Positions 31,230 through 41,400 of a DNA stretch of 64,000 nucleotides are shown in pieces. The stretch spans positions 51,411 through 115,410 of the forward strand of contig CALKGR010000002.1 of assembly GCA_938085445.1 (NCBI GenBank), written 5' to 3'. This DNA comes from an uncultured Rubripirellula sp. GTDB taxonomy: Bacteria > Planctomycetota > Planctomycetia > Pirellulales > Pirellulaceae. A program made the translations under genes and the position numbers. Position 1 is the stretch's first letter. Each line of letters starts with the position of its first letter. The notes beneath the pieces are model-generated. The model was not told the origin of the DNA and did not search any database. It worked only from the letters and a program-made list of their open reading frames with translations.

Positions 31230-32021
31230 ATGAGACAGATAACTTGCTTAATGATCGTGCTGGCAGCGATTGCGGGATGCCGCGATCAGGACGAGGTTGC
31301 GTCCTTGACGCCTCCCTCTGCGAGCATGGTTTCAACGGACCTGCAAGACGATTTGTGGCATGCCCATCGCCATGTTCATGATAACGTCCAGGTACACGAT
31401 CACGAGCATGCAGCGGGGTTTCTAGGTGGACACGAGCATCCCCATGGACACACACACCGCCACGCAGACACCCCTTTAGGTGGTGTCGTCGTGAGTTTGC
31501 AGCGTCACGCGACACCCGGCCAACTTCCAGGCAACAGCCGCATCATTCCTCCCCGCCCGCACCTCGAAATACTGCCAGGCTTGCCCACTGCGTTAAGCTT
31601 TTGCCTGCTTTCGGAGGAATTGCCTCCAAATCCAGACAGGTTCGTATCCAGTCCCACGCATAGAAATGTCGACGTAACACAGCCTTCTGCGGATACGACG
31701 AAGGAAGCTTTCCCTCCTGATAAGACGCAGGGCTGGTCTTATTGGAGCCCTGACCTGCCAACCATCACGATCCAATTTCAGCTCGAGGGTACGGAATACA
31801 CGCTCATCTGCCCAAGACGTAAGGAGATTGCCGGAGAACGGAAGAATTTCCATCAACACATCTTCAGTTCAAAATTACCCGAAGCACTGCGGGAGCGACT
31901 CGCAAGCACAGAAGCCAGATTGCGAGTAGCTAAACTCACGGTCGAGTTGGGGCAAACTCGGTTCGGTGTCCGCGAGCAGATTTATTTTCAGGGCGAGGAA
32001 CTTTCCGTGTTTCTACAGTAG
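31230..32021 (+). CDS. Histidine-rich putative lipoprotein (metal-binding)
   Basis: Lipobox-like IAGC; HAHRHVHDNVQVHDHEH...HEHPHGHTHRH tract. Confidence 0.75.
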   Translation: MRQITCLMIVLAAIAGCRDQDEVASLTPPSASMVSTDLQDDLWHAHRHVHDNVQVHDHEHAAGFLGGHEHPHGHTHRHADTPLGGVVVSLQRHATPGQLPGNSRIIPPRPHLEILPGLPTALSFCLLSEELPPNPDRFVSSPTHRNVDVTQPSADTTKEAFPPDKTQGWSYWSPDLPTITIQFQLEGTEYTLICPRRKEIAGERKNFHQHIFSSKLPEALRERLASTEARLRVAKLTVELGQTRFGVREQIYFQGEELSVFLQ

Positions 32022-32083
32022 AGTCACGGAAGTACCGAGAAGGCCTTTTCCGTACACAATCACTTCAAAACGGATTCTTCAAG

Positions 32084-33019
32084 ATGAGAAAAAGACTGGC
32101 CGCGGTTCGCGGTTTCACTTTAGTTGAGCTCTTGGTTGTTATCGCAATCATCGGGATTTTGATTGGCCTACTCATGCCCGCCGTCCAGGCGGCCCGGGAA
32201 GCGGCTCGACGAATGTCGTGCCAGAACAACCTCTCACAACTGTCTTTGGCGCTGCACAACTACGAATCAACTTTCCGAAGGTTTCCCTCGGGCTACTTGC
32301 ATAAATACGGTCCCAGCGGCAGCAGTGAAGAACGTGCCAATCATATGGGACTTTCTTGGGGTGCCGCGATGCTGCCCCAGCTCGAACAGGCGGCTGTTGC
32401 TGAGAAAATCGATTATAGTCGGCCGATTTGGGATGACGCAAATCGCGCCGCTCGCGACGTAAGTCTCCCAGTCTTCCTTTGTCCAAGTGACACCTACTCA
32501 GACTCTGCGTTCGTGTACCGCGACGATAGCGTTACGCCAGCTGAACGTTACGCAGCGGCCAGCTACGCGGCGAACTGGGGGCCAGCAAGTCCGACAACCA
32601 ATTTGGACGCGACGCCCTTGGCCAGCCAAGGCGTATTCTTTCGAAACAGCCAAATACGTGTCTCTGCGTTGATGGACGGGCTAGCCAACACGCTAGCATT
32701 TGGCGAGCGACATAACGGGCCAATCCCCCAGAGTCGTTCGACGACGGGCGGCCATTCTGTATTTGAAAATGCCTGGATTGGTGCTGTACGTGATGTGGAT
32801 GACCTGGAGGACGACCATGCACACATGGTCCTCTTTGAAACTCAGTACCGACCAAATCAATTCGACGGAGACGACAAAGGTCTCGCTGCTCCTCACTCCG
32901 GACTCTGCCAGTTCGCCCTGTGCGACGGTTCGGTCCGGGCAATTACCGAGCATATCGATGCTAAAATTTATGATGCTCTCGCTACGCGTAACGGTCGCGA
33001 GGTCGTTGAAGATTACTAG
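32084..33019 (+). CDS. DUF1559 prepilin-type (N-terminal cleavage/methylation) protein
   Basis: GFTLVELLVVIAIIGILIGLLMPAVQAAREAARRMSCQNNL; C-terminal H-X9-DG (HSGLCQFALCDGSVR). Confidence 0.96.
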   Translation: MRKRLAAVRGFTLVELLVVIAIIGILIGLLMPAVQAAREAARRMSCQNNLSQLSLALHNYESTFRRFPSGYLHKYGPSGSSEERANHMGLSWGAAMLPQLEQAAVAEKIDYSRPIWDDANRAARDVSLPVFLCPSDTYSDSAFVYRDDSVTPAERYAAASYAANWGPASPTTNLDATPLASQGVFFRNSQIRVSALMDGLANTLAFGERHNGPIPQSRSTTGGHSVFENAWIGAVRDVDDLEDDHAHMVLFETQYRPNQFDGDDKGLAAPHSGLCQFALCDGSVRAITEHIDAKIYDALATRNGREVVEDY

Positions 33020-33215
33020 AACGCCAGGCGAGCCGCTCATCAATTCGAGAACAACAATTAGAGAACAACGCACCAGAGCGGGAGACAATTGTCCCCCGCT
33101 TTTTTGTGTTTGGGCAAATGCATCAACTCGATCCACTCTCAGCCTTGCATCCCGAAGCAGCATGAAAGAGAATCCGAGGTGTTCCACCGAAACACTTAAA
33201 TGATGCGGACAGAGC

Positions 33216-35015
33216 ATGCTCAAAATTTCGCAATTCTCGATCCTCGCTTTGGCCGCTTCTGCGATCTTTCCGGCGTTCTTACCTACTTACGGGCAAACAA
33301 CGCAGGTCGTACAGAAACGCAAAACGCCCGCCCAAATTTCTAGCCAGAAACAGAAAATCAAACCCGAGCTTGAACTATGGTTTGGCGTTCTCACCACCCC
33401 AGTGCGTGAATTCAGGTTCGTTGTTGAATTGGAATTCAATGCAGGTGCCACTGCGGGGAACCTACGCAGTCTTGACGAAGGGAACCAAACGTTCGCCTTA
33501 GCGAATGTAAGTCGCGCTGATGGCAAATTCAGTTTTACATTGCCTCTCACCAATGCAACGTACCAATCCACGTTAACGAATAACGGAACTGAAAGCACGG
33601 GCATCTGGATGCAACGTGAACAAGAACTCCCGCTCTCTTTTGAAAAAGTGGCTGCCGTCCCGAAGCAAAAGATAAGAAACTATCTCACAGGTACCTTGAA
33701 CGCGATCGTTCAAAAGATCGAAGTAGCTTTTATAGAATTGGAGTGTGGCAAACTGTACTTCAATAGTGTCTCGCAGAAGGCAGGAGGATTCATTGCCTCT
33801 AAAGAGATTAATGACGAGGGCCAAGTCATCTTTCGGGTGCCAGGCATCCAGGGTGTCTTCCAAGGACGGTACTCGGACGACCAAAACGATCGGCTGCAAG
33901 GAACTTGGAGCCAAGGGTTGGTAACGTTGGAGCTGACACTCACCAAAGACGAGAACATCTCCGAATTTCTAATCCCGCCCCAAAAGAACAAGCCAAATAG
34001 ACCACAGACCCCCAACGCACCTTTCCCCTACACTACCGAGCAGGTTGAAATCGCAACGCATGATCAGAATGTCACTCTTGCAGGTACGCTGACTCTTCCG
34101 CAAGGTGAACCAATGGCCGGTATCATCCTGGTCACCGGATCTGGTCCCCAAGATCGAGACGAAACCATCTTGGCTCACAAACCGTTCTTCGTGATTGCTG
34201 ACCATTTTGCCCGAAACGGAATAGCGACACTCAGATATGACGACCGGGGTGTAGCCCAATCAAGCGGCAATTTTGCTAACGCAACCTCAAACGATCTCGC
34301 CAATGATGCGGAGGCCGCCTTCAATTTCCTTTCTAGAAGACAAGAACTGATGGGCGTTTCACTAGGCATCTGCGGGCACAGCGAAGGTGGACTACTCGCT
34401 CCCATGATCGCGGCTAGAAACACCGGCGTGAACTTTGTGATTCTCATGGCAGCGCCAGGTGTCGATGGAAAAGCCGTAATCCTAAGCCAAGGCCCTCTTC
34501 TCATGCGAGCCCAAGGCGTCCCTGAACCCCAGATTGCAAAACAGCGAAAATTGCAGGAAATCATCCTCACAAACATAAGGGATAACGAAAAACTCGATGG
34601 TGGGAGAATAGCTGCTCAAGTTCGAGATGCCCTCGGTGAGGAACAAGCCGATCTGGAGCAAATCATCCAGAACACCCAGACCGCGATCCGCCAGCAGGCA
34701 TCACCGTGGTTGAGGACCTTTCTTAAGCTTGATCCCAAGCAAGCACTGAGTGCCCTCGAATGCCCAGTTCTTGCCATCAATGGAACCAAAGATCTTCAGG
34801 TCGATGCGGTGCTCAATCTCACCGCAATTCGTGATACGCTGCAAGCAGCGGGTAACACCGACGTCGAAGTGAATCTTTATCCCGGACTCAATCACCTTTT
34901 CCAAGCCAGCAAAACAGGGCTTCCCACCGAATACGGAACGCTTGAAGAGACTTTTAATCAGGCACCTCTGCGGCGCATGACCAGCTGGATATTAGAACAA
35001 GCAGCCAAGCCGTGA
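33216..35015 (+). CDS. Secreted alpha/beta-hydrolase (esterase/peptidase) with N-terminal beta-domains
   Basis: RPQTP..PFPY, GSGPQDRDE, RYDDRG, GHSEGG, GTKDLQV, GLNHLFQ. Confidence 0.92.
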   Translation: MLKISQFSILALAASAIFPAFLPTYGQTTQVVQKRKTPAQISSQKQKIKPELELWFGVLTTPVREFRFVVELEFNAGATAGNLRSLDEGNQTFALANVSRADGKFSFTLPLTNATYQSTLTNNGTESTGIWMQREQELPLSFEKVAAVPKQKIRNYLTGTLNAIVQKIEVAFIELECGKLYFNSVSQKAGGFIASKEINDEGQVIFRVPGIQGVFQGRYSDDQNDRLQGTWSQGLVTLELTLTKDENISEFLIPPQKNKPNRPQTPNAPFPYTTEQVEIATHDQNVTLAGTLTLPQGEPMAGIILVTGSGPQDRDETILAHKPFFVIADHFARNGIATLRYDDRGVAQSSGNFANATSNDLANDAEAAFNFLSRRQELMGVSLGICGHSEGGLLAPMIAARNTGVNFVILMAAPGVDGKAVILSQGPLLMRAQGVPEPQIAKQRKLQEIILTNIRDNEKLDGGRIAAQVRDALGEEQADLEQIIQNTQTAIRQQASPWLRTFLKLDPKQALSALECPVLAINGTKDLQVDAVLNLTAIRDTLQAAGNTDVEVNLYPGLNHLFQASKTGLPTEYGTLEETFNQAPLRRMTSWILEQAAKP

Positions 35016-35229
35016 GACACGTGCATGCCAGATGCACCATCTGCAGAGAATGCGCTGATGGAGTGTCCTAGATGCTTTCGTCAAACCACATTGCCAACTG
35101 GAATGGCCCGCTGATGGTTTTTTAATGTCAGGTATCTCAGGTACAATGCGAAGACTTCCCACAGACTTCGAACGCCCCCACTGCCACTCACCACAAACAA
35201 GCCACCCTATGACAGCCCTGAAAGCCGCC

Positions 35230-36138
35230 ATGATCACCAGACTAGCGATTGCCACGTTCTTCTCCTTTCTTCCCATCTCGTATTCAACGGGCAAGACGAC
35301 GAAGTACGATTTCAAACAAGGCTGTGTTGCTGAAGTTTATAAACACGCATCCGGCGACGACCTGTGGATTTACCGTTTTGACCCTGCAGACAAAACACCC
35401 ACCGCGAAACCTGCTGTGGTGTTCTTTTTTGGCGGTGGATGGAATGGCGGCAATGTCTCACAGTTTGAGCAGCATGCACGCTACCTTGCTTCTCGAGGGA
35501 TTGTTAGCTTCGTAGCGGATTATCGCGTAAAGACTCGGCAGAACACGCAACCCGACGCGTGTGTCGCGGATGGCAAGTCAGCGATTCGTTGGGTTCGTAA
35601 AAATGCTGCCCGATTGGGGATCGACCCTGCCCGCATCGCAGCTGGCGGTGGTTCTGCAGGCGGACACGTCGCTGCCACAACAGGAATGTGCGATGGACTG
35701 GAAGCTCCCGAGGAAAAGGACTCCGTGATTAGCTCTAAGTCGAATGCGTTGCTGTTATTTAATCCTGTTTATGACAATGGACCCAAAGGATACGGCCATA
35801 GCCGAGCAAAGAAATGGTTCCCAGCCATATCCCCTGCCCACAACATTAGTAAGGACGATCCACCCACCATCGTGTTTCTAGGATCTGCAGACAGTCTTAT
35901 CCCGGTATCTACAGCTGAGACATTTGATCGTGACCTGCAACAACTTGGTATCCAATCAGAGCTTTGGGTCTACGATGGCCAGCCACACGGCTTCTTCAAT
36001 GAGCATAAAAACCAAAAGGCTTTTCTTGATACAGTTCGAAAAATGGACCGCTTTCTTCAGTCCATTGATTGGCTCAAAGGCCCCGTTGATGAGAAAAAAC
36101 TCACATCGCTGCTGAAAACCAAGCCCAAACAAAAGTAA
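35230..36138 (+). CDS. Alpha/beta-hydrolase (HSL-like esterase)
   Basis: FFGGGW, GGSAGGH, GSADSLIP, HGFFN. Start uncertain (35209 or 35230). Confidence 0.9.
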   Translation: MITRLAIATFFSFLPISYSTGKTTKYDFKQGCVAEVYKHASGDDLWIYRFDPADKTPTAKPAVVFFFGGGWNGGNVSQFEQHARYLASRGIVSFVADYRVKTRQNTQPDACVADGKSAIRWVRKNAARLGIDPARIAAGGGSAGGHVAATTGMCDGLEAPEEKDSVISSKSNALLLFNPVYDNGPKGYGHSRAKKWFPAISPAHNISKDDPPTIVFLGSADSLIPVSTAETFDRDLQQLGIQSELWVYDGQPHGFFNEHKNQKAFLDTVRKMDRFLQSIDWLKGPVDEKKLTSLLKTKPKQK

Positions 36139-36211
36139 GGTCCATAACCCGATACTAATGATGCGCCAAACAATGACATCCAGCCGACCATGGGGCAGCA
36201 AGTCGAAACCA

Positions 36212-37729
36212 ATGAGTTTTCCAAACCACATCATTTCAGCCTTCGCATTTGTCACATTTTTTGTCTCCAATGCCTCAGCGGCGCAACTTCCAAACATCAT
36301 TTATGTGATGTGTGATGACCTCGGCTACGGTGACATACAGTGTCTTGCGCCCCAAACCAGCAAGATCCCTACTCCAAACGCTGATCAGCTCGCAGCCGAA
36401 GGCATGGTCTTCACCGATGCACACTCAGGGTCGTCCGTCTGCACCCCCACTCGCTACGGACTTCTGACAGGACGCTACAGTTGGAGGACACGTCTTCAAA
36501 AGGGCGTTGTCACCGGTTTCGCGCCATGCTTGATCGACGCGCAGCGGCCCACCGTTGCCACTTTCCTGCAAGGTGCGGGATACCATACAGCCATCATTGG
36601 CAAGTGGCACCTTGATTTTCAATATCTCAATCCAGCCACCAACGTTGCTTATCAGCAAAAGGAACATACGAAACCACCCGTGGGAGCTAAGATTCCGGAC
36701 GGTCCCGTTCACCGGGGTTTCGATTACTTCCACGGGTTTCACCACGCTCGCAACATGGAGGCTGTGATCGAAGATGACCGAGTCATCGAACATGACGCTG
36801 TCATCAATATGTTGCCACGCCTGACTCGCAAATCAGTGGAATACATTCGATCGCGTCAAGGAACAAGGATGCCATTCTTTCTCTATGTCCCACTGGGCTC
36901 ACCACACACGCCAATTGTCCCAGGCCCCAAGTGGCAGGGTAAAAGCGGCTTGGGCCCCTATGGCGACTTCGTCATGCAGACCGATAATGTTCTTGGAGAA
37001 ATCAATAAAGCTCTCACTGAAATTGGGCAATTGAGCAACACACTGCTAATTTTCACAAGTGACAACGGTTGCTCAAAAGCCGCCAATATCAAAAGTCTGG
37101 CCGAGAAAGGCCATGTCGTCAGTGGCAAGTTCCGAGGCTCAAAAGCCGACCTATGGGATGGTGGACACCGACTTCCCTTCATCGTCAGGTGGCCAAATAA
37201 AGTCGCTCCTGGCACCGTTTGCAATCAACTCATTTGTCATACTGACCTATTTGCCAGTCTCGCAGAAATAACTCAACAGATCATTCCACCCGCCGCTGCC
37301 GAGGACAGTGTCAGTTTTATTCCAGCGCTGCAAGGAACTGAAATTCAGTCAACTCGCAAGGGCGTGATCCACCATTCCATCAGCGGACACTTTGCATACC
37401 GGCGTGGCCGATGGAAGCTACTGCTCGCCAAGGGCTCAGGAGGCTGGAGTTCGCCCAAGGAAGGCGAGATGCCAATCACAGCTGCGAAGGTTCAACTTTA
37501 TGACATGACAGTGGACCTGGGAGAGAAGAACAACCTCCAAGAAAAATATCCCGAAGTAGTCGAAGATCTTCTCGCACAACTGAAGAACGATATAAAGCGT
37601 GGACGAAGCACCAACGGCCCGAGTGCCACCAACGATATCGAGCCAATTGAACTTTGGAAAACGACCCCAAAAAACGGCAGTAAGAAAAATTCAAAAAACC
37701 GATCCACCAATCAAAAGAAAAGAAACTAG
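36212..37729 (+). CDS. Arylsulfatase (S1)
   Basis: PNIIYVMCDDLGYGD, VCTPTRYGLLTGRY, GKWHL, SDNG, GSKADLWDGGHRLP. Confidence 0.95.
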   Translation: MSFPNHIISAFAFVTFFVSNASAAQLPNIIYVMCDDLGYGDIQCLAPQTSKIPTPNADQLAAEGMVFTDAHSGSSVCTPTRYGLLTGRYSWRTRLQKGVVTGFAPCLIDAQRPTVATFLQGAGYHTAIIGKWHLDFQYLNPATNVAYQQKEHTKPPVGAKIPDGPVHRGFDYFHGFHHARNMEAVIEDDRVIEHDAVINMLPRLTRKSVEYIRSRQGTRMPFFLYVPLGSPHTPIVPGPKWQGKSGLGPYGDFVMQTDNVLGEINKALTEIGQLSNTLLIFTSDNGCSKAANIKSLAEKGHVVSGKFRGSKADLWDGGHRLPFIVRWPNKVAPGTVCNQLICHTDLFASLAEITQQIIPPAAAEDSVSFIPALQGTEIQSTRKGVIHHSISGHFAYRRGRWKLLLAKGSGGWSSPKEGEMPITAAKVQLYDMTVDLGEKNNLQEKYPEVVEDLLAQLKNDIKRGRSTNGPSATNDIEPIELWKTTPKNGSKKNSKNRSTNQKKRN

Positions 37730-38568
37730 TGGGGAATTCTATTGAACGAATAGGAACCAAATGAGCTCACGGGACGACGCTTGCCCTCGCATACCCAGTG
37801 TCTCACGTCCCAATGATTCTTTCCCAATATGCCGGTCATCCACGTAGCACTACTCACTCCTCTGAGATCCACAACGTTGCTCAATCCGGCATTCGCTCAT
37901 CCACGGCTGCTTCTTTCAAAAAACATTCCATCCCGAGGCGGCCAACAGAATTAGCCATAAGCCAGTGTGCATAATTGATCCGATAGAACTGCGAAGAATC
38001 CGGCAGGAGTCCGGTCACTGCACCTTCCGCAATTCGCTTCGCTCACTGGAACACCACCCAGCCGGCATTGCCTGGAATGGCGTCTGGAATTCACAACGCT
38101 CCATACCCGCAAGATCTCCCTACCATAAGACCTCCACGCCCATAAGTTCCCCGTTCACTTTGCCATGAAAGATCAGGGCCCCTTCCCGGCGCGACCTTGG
38201 CATAACATGACATCATCTAAAAACAATTGGTTATCACTTAAGATCAGTGGCTACTGGCCACCGTTGCAGCGCAAGCTTCCTTCTGTTTCAAAAAACGCAA
38301 ATGAACCCCATCGACTGGTGGTTCAGCAACAGAAAAAGAAGCACATTCCGACTATTTCACGGGTTCTGTCCCAAGACCTCGGCTTTTACCTCACTCATTC
38401 TGTTGCGTCGTGCCGCCCCCAGGCCAGCAGCTCGCAACTCATAAAACACCATTGATATCGTCAGACCCGTTACGATGAAGCAACTTGACCACTCAGCACT
38501 CAATTGGTCATTTGCTTTCACATTCAACCCACCGACCCCGCCAACAAATCACAAACAGAAACCGTGCC

Positions 38569-39819
38569 ATGAATGCAGGTCCCCTCGAAGACCACCGTCG
38601 TAAAACACGTCGATTCTTCATCCAATGCGGGTTTGCTGGGATACTTGCGATGGAATCCCACCCTTTACTGGGGTTGGAACGTCAGGATGACCAAAGTCTT
38701 GATGAAGCAATCAACGCGATTGAATCATGGCTCACCCGCCAGGATGATTTCAGAGACATATCACGAGGTAACCCACTTCCGCACCAACTGCCTGAACCAG
38801 CGAAAAAACAGGCAGGCATGACTCGCGAAACCTGGAAGCTTGAAATATTAAGCGACGAAGACGCTCCGTCGAGGCTACGTAACCCACTCAGAATAGAAGA
38901 CGGCAGCGCGCTGAATTTTAACCAGTTAATCGAGATTGGGAAAACACACGCGGTCCGCTTCCCCAAAGTGATGTCATGCTTGAACGTTGGCTGCCCTCTG
39001 GGAATGGGCATTTGGGAAGGAATTCCGCTACGAAAACTGATCTGGATGACCCAGCCCGTGAAGGATCTCCGACGCGTTTTCTACCATGGTTACCACAACG
39101 AGGACCCAAGCCAACTGTTCCGCAGCTCACTATCAGTCAACCGCGTGTTGGAAGACCCAGCAGAAATTCCGCCAGTGATTGTGTGTTACAAATTGAACGG
39201 TCATTGGTTGACATCCGAACGGGGTGGGCCTGTAAGAATGGTCGTTCCAGAAGCTTACGGGTTCAAAAGTATCAAGTGGCTCAACCGGATTGTGCTTTCC
39301 AACATCCCCCACGCCAACGACACTTACGGTAAACAAAACAATGATCTCGACAGCACGATCAAAACGTTTTGCAACCTATTTCCAACCAATACCCACTACA
39401 ACGCCAATACGCCCATCGCACTCACTGGTTGGGCCCAAGTAGGGCTTGCGGGTCTCGACAAAGTCCAGGTTTGGATCCACCCAAAAGAGTCCCCGCTGCC
39501 TGAGGATGATCGATACTTCGAAACCGCACCTTGGCGTGATGCACAAATTCTCGACCCACCCAAAAAATGGGGAGGTGATTTGCCTGACGGAAAACTCGAC
39601 CTACCAACCGTAGGTTTCACTGCAGAGGGACGACCAGACCGATGGCCAATCCGATTAACAAAAGCTCATTGGGCCATGCTGCACCCAGGATTGCAGGCGG
39701 GACAATACACCATTCGCTGTCGAACCATCGACAAAAATCAAAACGCTCAGCCCATGCCCCGCCCTTTTCGAAAGTCTGGGCACGCCGCGATTCAGGCCGT
39801 CAACATAACGATCACCTGA
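38569..39819 (+). CDS. Sulfite oxidase-family molybdopterin-dependent oxidoreductase
   Basis: TRRFF Tat-like motif, MSCLN (Mo-ligating Cys position), WEGIPL, LNGHWL..ERGGPVRMVVPEAYGFKSIKWL, C-terminal Ig-like dimerisation region. Confidence 0.88.
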   Translation: MNAGPLEDHRRKTRRFFIQCGFAGILAMESHPLLGLERQDDQSLDEAINAIESWLTRQDDFRDISRGNPLPHQLPEPAKKQAGMTRETWKLEILSDEDAPSRLRNPLRIEDGSALNFNQLIEIGKTHAVRFPKVMSCLNVGCPLGMGIWEGIPLRKLIWMTQPVKDLRRVFYHGYHNEDPSQLFRSSLSVNRVLEDPAEIPPVIVCYKLNGHWLTSERGGPVRMVVPEAYGFKSIKWLNRIVLSNIPHANDTYGKQNNDLDSTIKTFCNLFPTNTHYNANTPIALTGWAQVGLAGLDKVQVWIHPKESPLPEDDRYFETAPWRDAQILDPPKKWGGDLPDGKLDLPTVGFTAEGRPDRWPIRLTKAHWAMLHPGLQAGQYTIRCRTIDKNQNAQPMPRPFRKSGHAAIQAVNITIT

Positions 39820-39859
39820 TCGGCACGCTCTTCACACACCGGCAGCATGGGTACAGCGA

Positions 39860-41269
39860 CTATAACTCGATCTCATATCCCTTACGGAAGTCGCGCGCGA
39901 GCATGGCATTTGCGCGTGGATCATTTTGAACGGTTTGTGATTTCGCATCCCAATTCACTGTTCGGTTCAATCGTATCGCTATGTTACTGAGGTGACAGGT
40001 GTTGATGGATGCTACATGACTCCAAACATCAGATGCAGGTTTTCTTCGACTGACAATACAGTCACAAAAATTGTTCACGTGCTCTACCAACGGTCCGCCA
40101 TACATTTTTTCGAGCCACCCTGCGGGAAGTGGATTTGAAACGAGGTCCTCAATGGGCTTACCAGCTATCGTACCGCGGTTGACAAAAATGCGACCCTGCG
40201 TACCCTCCACGAGAATTCCATTCCGCCCTTCGCTCGTGATCTCCATCAGGGTTTGATTCGGGAAATGAGCATGAACCGTGAAACGATGCGGCGCGTTGTA
40301 TCGGTCATCCACGGTAGGATTCCCATTTGCATCGAATGGGACTCGTGTTTCCACCATAACTGGCTCGATCAGAGTTGGTCCCTGCCCTGCCCCACATTGA
40401 TCAATGATCCATTGTGCAATATCAACGTGATGGGCTCCCCAGTCAGTCATTTTTCCACCGCTGTACTGGAGCCACCAGCGAAACTCCTTATGGCAGTTTG
40501 ATGCGTTGATACTTCCATCACCAAGCGTACGGACCAGTTCCTGCCCCGCTTTGCCGTCCTTCAGAAACCGATAGGGAACATCCTCAGTGGGACCTTTCCA
40601 GCGATCCCAATTCAGCGTGTTGGGAGGAGATACAATCGGCAACGGTTTGCTGAATGGGTTGTGATTGAGACCAACCGTGACTTTACGTATTTTCCCTAAT
40701 CGCCCCGAGTGAGCTAGGGCCACGGCTTTCAAAAACCTTTCATCAGATCGTTGCTGGGTTCCCACCTGAAGAATTTTCCCCGTCTCGTCAGTGACCTTCG
40801 AGATAATCCGTCCTTCATCTACCGTCAATGTCAGCGGTTTTTCACAGTAAACATCTTTACCTGACCGCATCGCCTCAGCCGATATTTTGACATGCCAATG
40901 ATCAACCGTGCCACAAATGATGGCATCGATATCATCGCGATCAATGATTGCACGATAATCATCGTAAACATCGATAATCGCCCGCTTACCCTTCGCAGCC
41001 ATCCTTCGCGTGTACCCTGCCTTAGCGTAAGCAGAGTGCGCGGTATCCACATCACATACCGCAACGATCTCACCATGATTCTGTGCACGACGTCCATCCC
41101 CCATCCCTTGACCTCCGACACCAATCACTGCCAGCCTTGGTCGCTCATTGGGAGACATCGCATGCACTGCACTTGAACTGGTGAAGTAGCCAACTGAACC
41201 TGTCACAGCCAAAACGCGTGTCGTTTTCAGAAACTCACGTCGATTACTTTCATGCACTTGTGCTTTCAA
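39860..41269 (-). CDS. Tat-exported Gfo/Idh/MocA family oxidoreductase
   Basis: NRREFLK, IGVGGQG, VDHWH, YCEKPLT, QVGTQQRS, DWGAHHVDIA. Confidence 0.95.
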   Translation of the reverse strand: MKAQVHESNRREFLKTTRVLAVTGSVGYFTSSSAVHAMSPNERPRLAVIGVGGQGMGDGRRAQNHGEIVAVCDVDTAHSAYAKAGYTRRMAAKGKRAIIDVYDDYRAIIDRDDIDAIICGTVDHWHVKISAEAMRSGKDVYCEKPLTLTVDEGRIISKVTDETGKILQVGTQQRSDERFLKAVALAHSGRLGKIRKVTVGLNHNPFSKPLPIVSPPNTLNWDRWKGPTEDVPYRFLKDGKAGQELVRTLGDGSINASNCHKEFRWWLQYSGGKMTDWGAHHVDIAQWIIDQCGAGQGPTLIEPVMVETRVPFDANGNPTVDDRYNAPHRFTVHAHFPNQTLMEITSEGRNGILVEGTQGRIFVNRGTIAGKPIEDLVSNPLPAGWLEKMYGGPLVEHVNNFCDCIVSRRKPASDVWSHVASINTCHLSNIAIRLNRTVNWDAKSQTVQNDPRANAMLARDFRKGYEIEL

Positions 41270-41400
41270 TTTAATGCCCTGATTTAAGTCTAAAGATTTA
41301 ATTTCGCAGAGAACGTTTCACTCACCCTGCTGCGGTTCCCAAGGTCACCTTAGATCAGTGGGAACGGCCAACAACATGGCTATTTACAACGCTTTCACCA

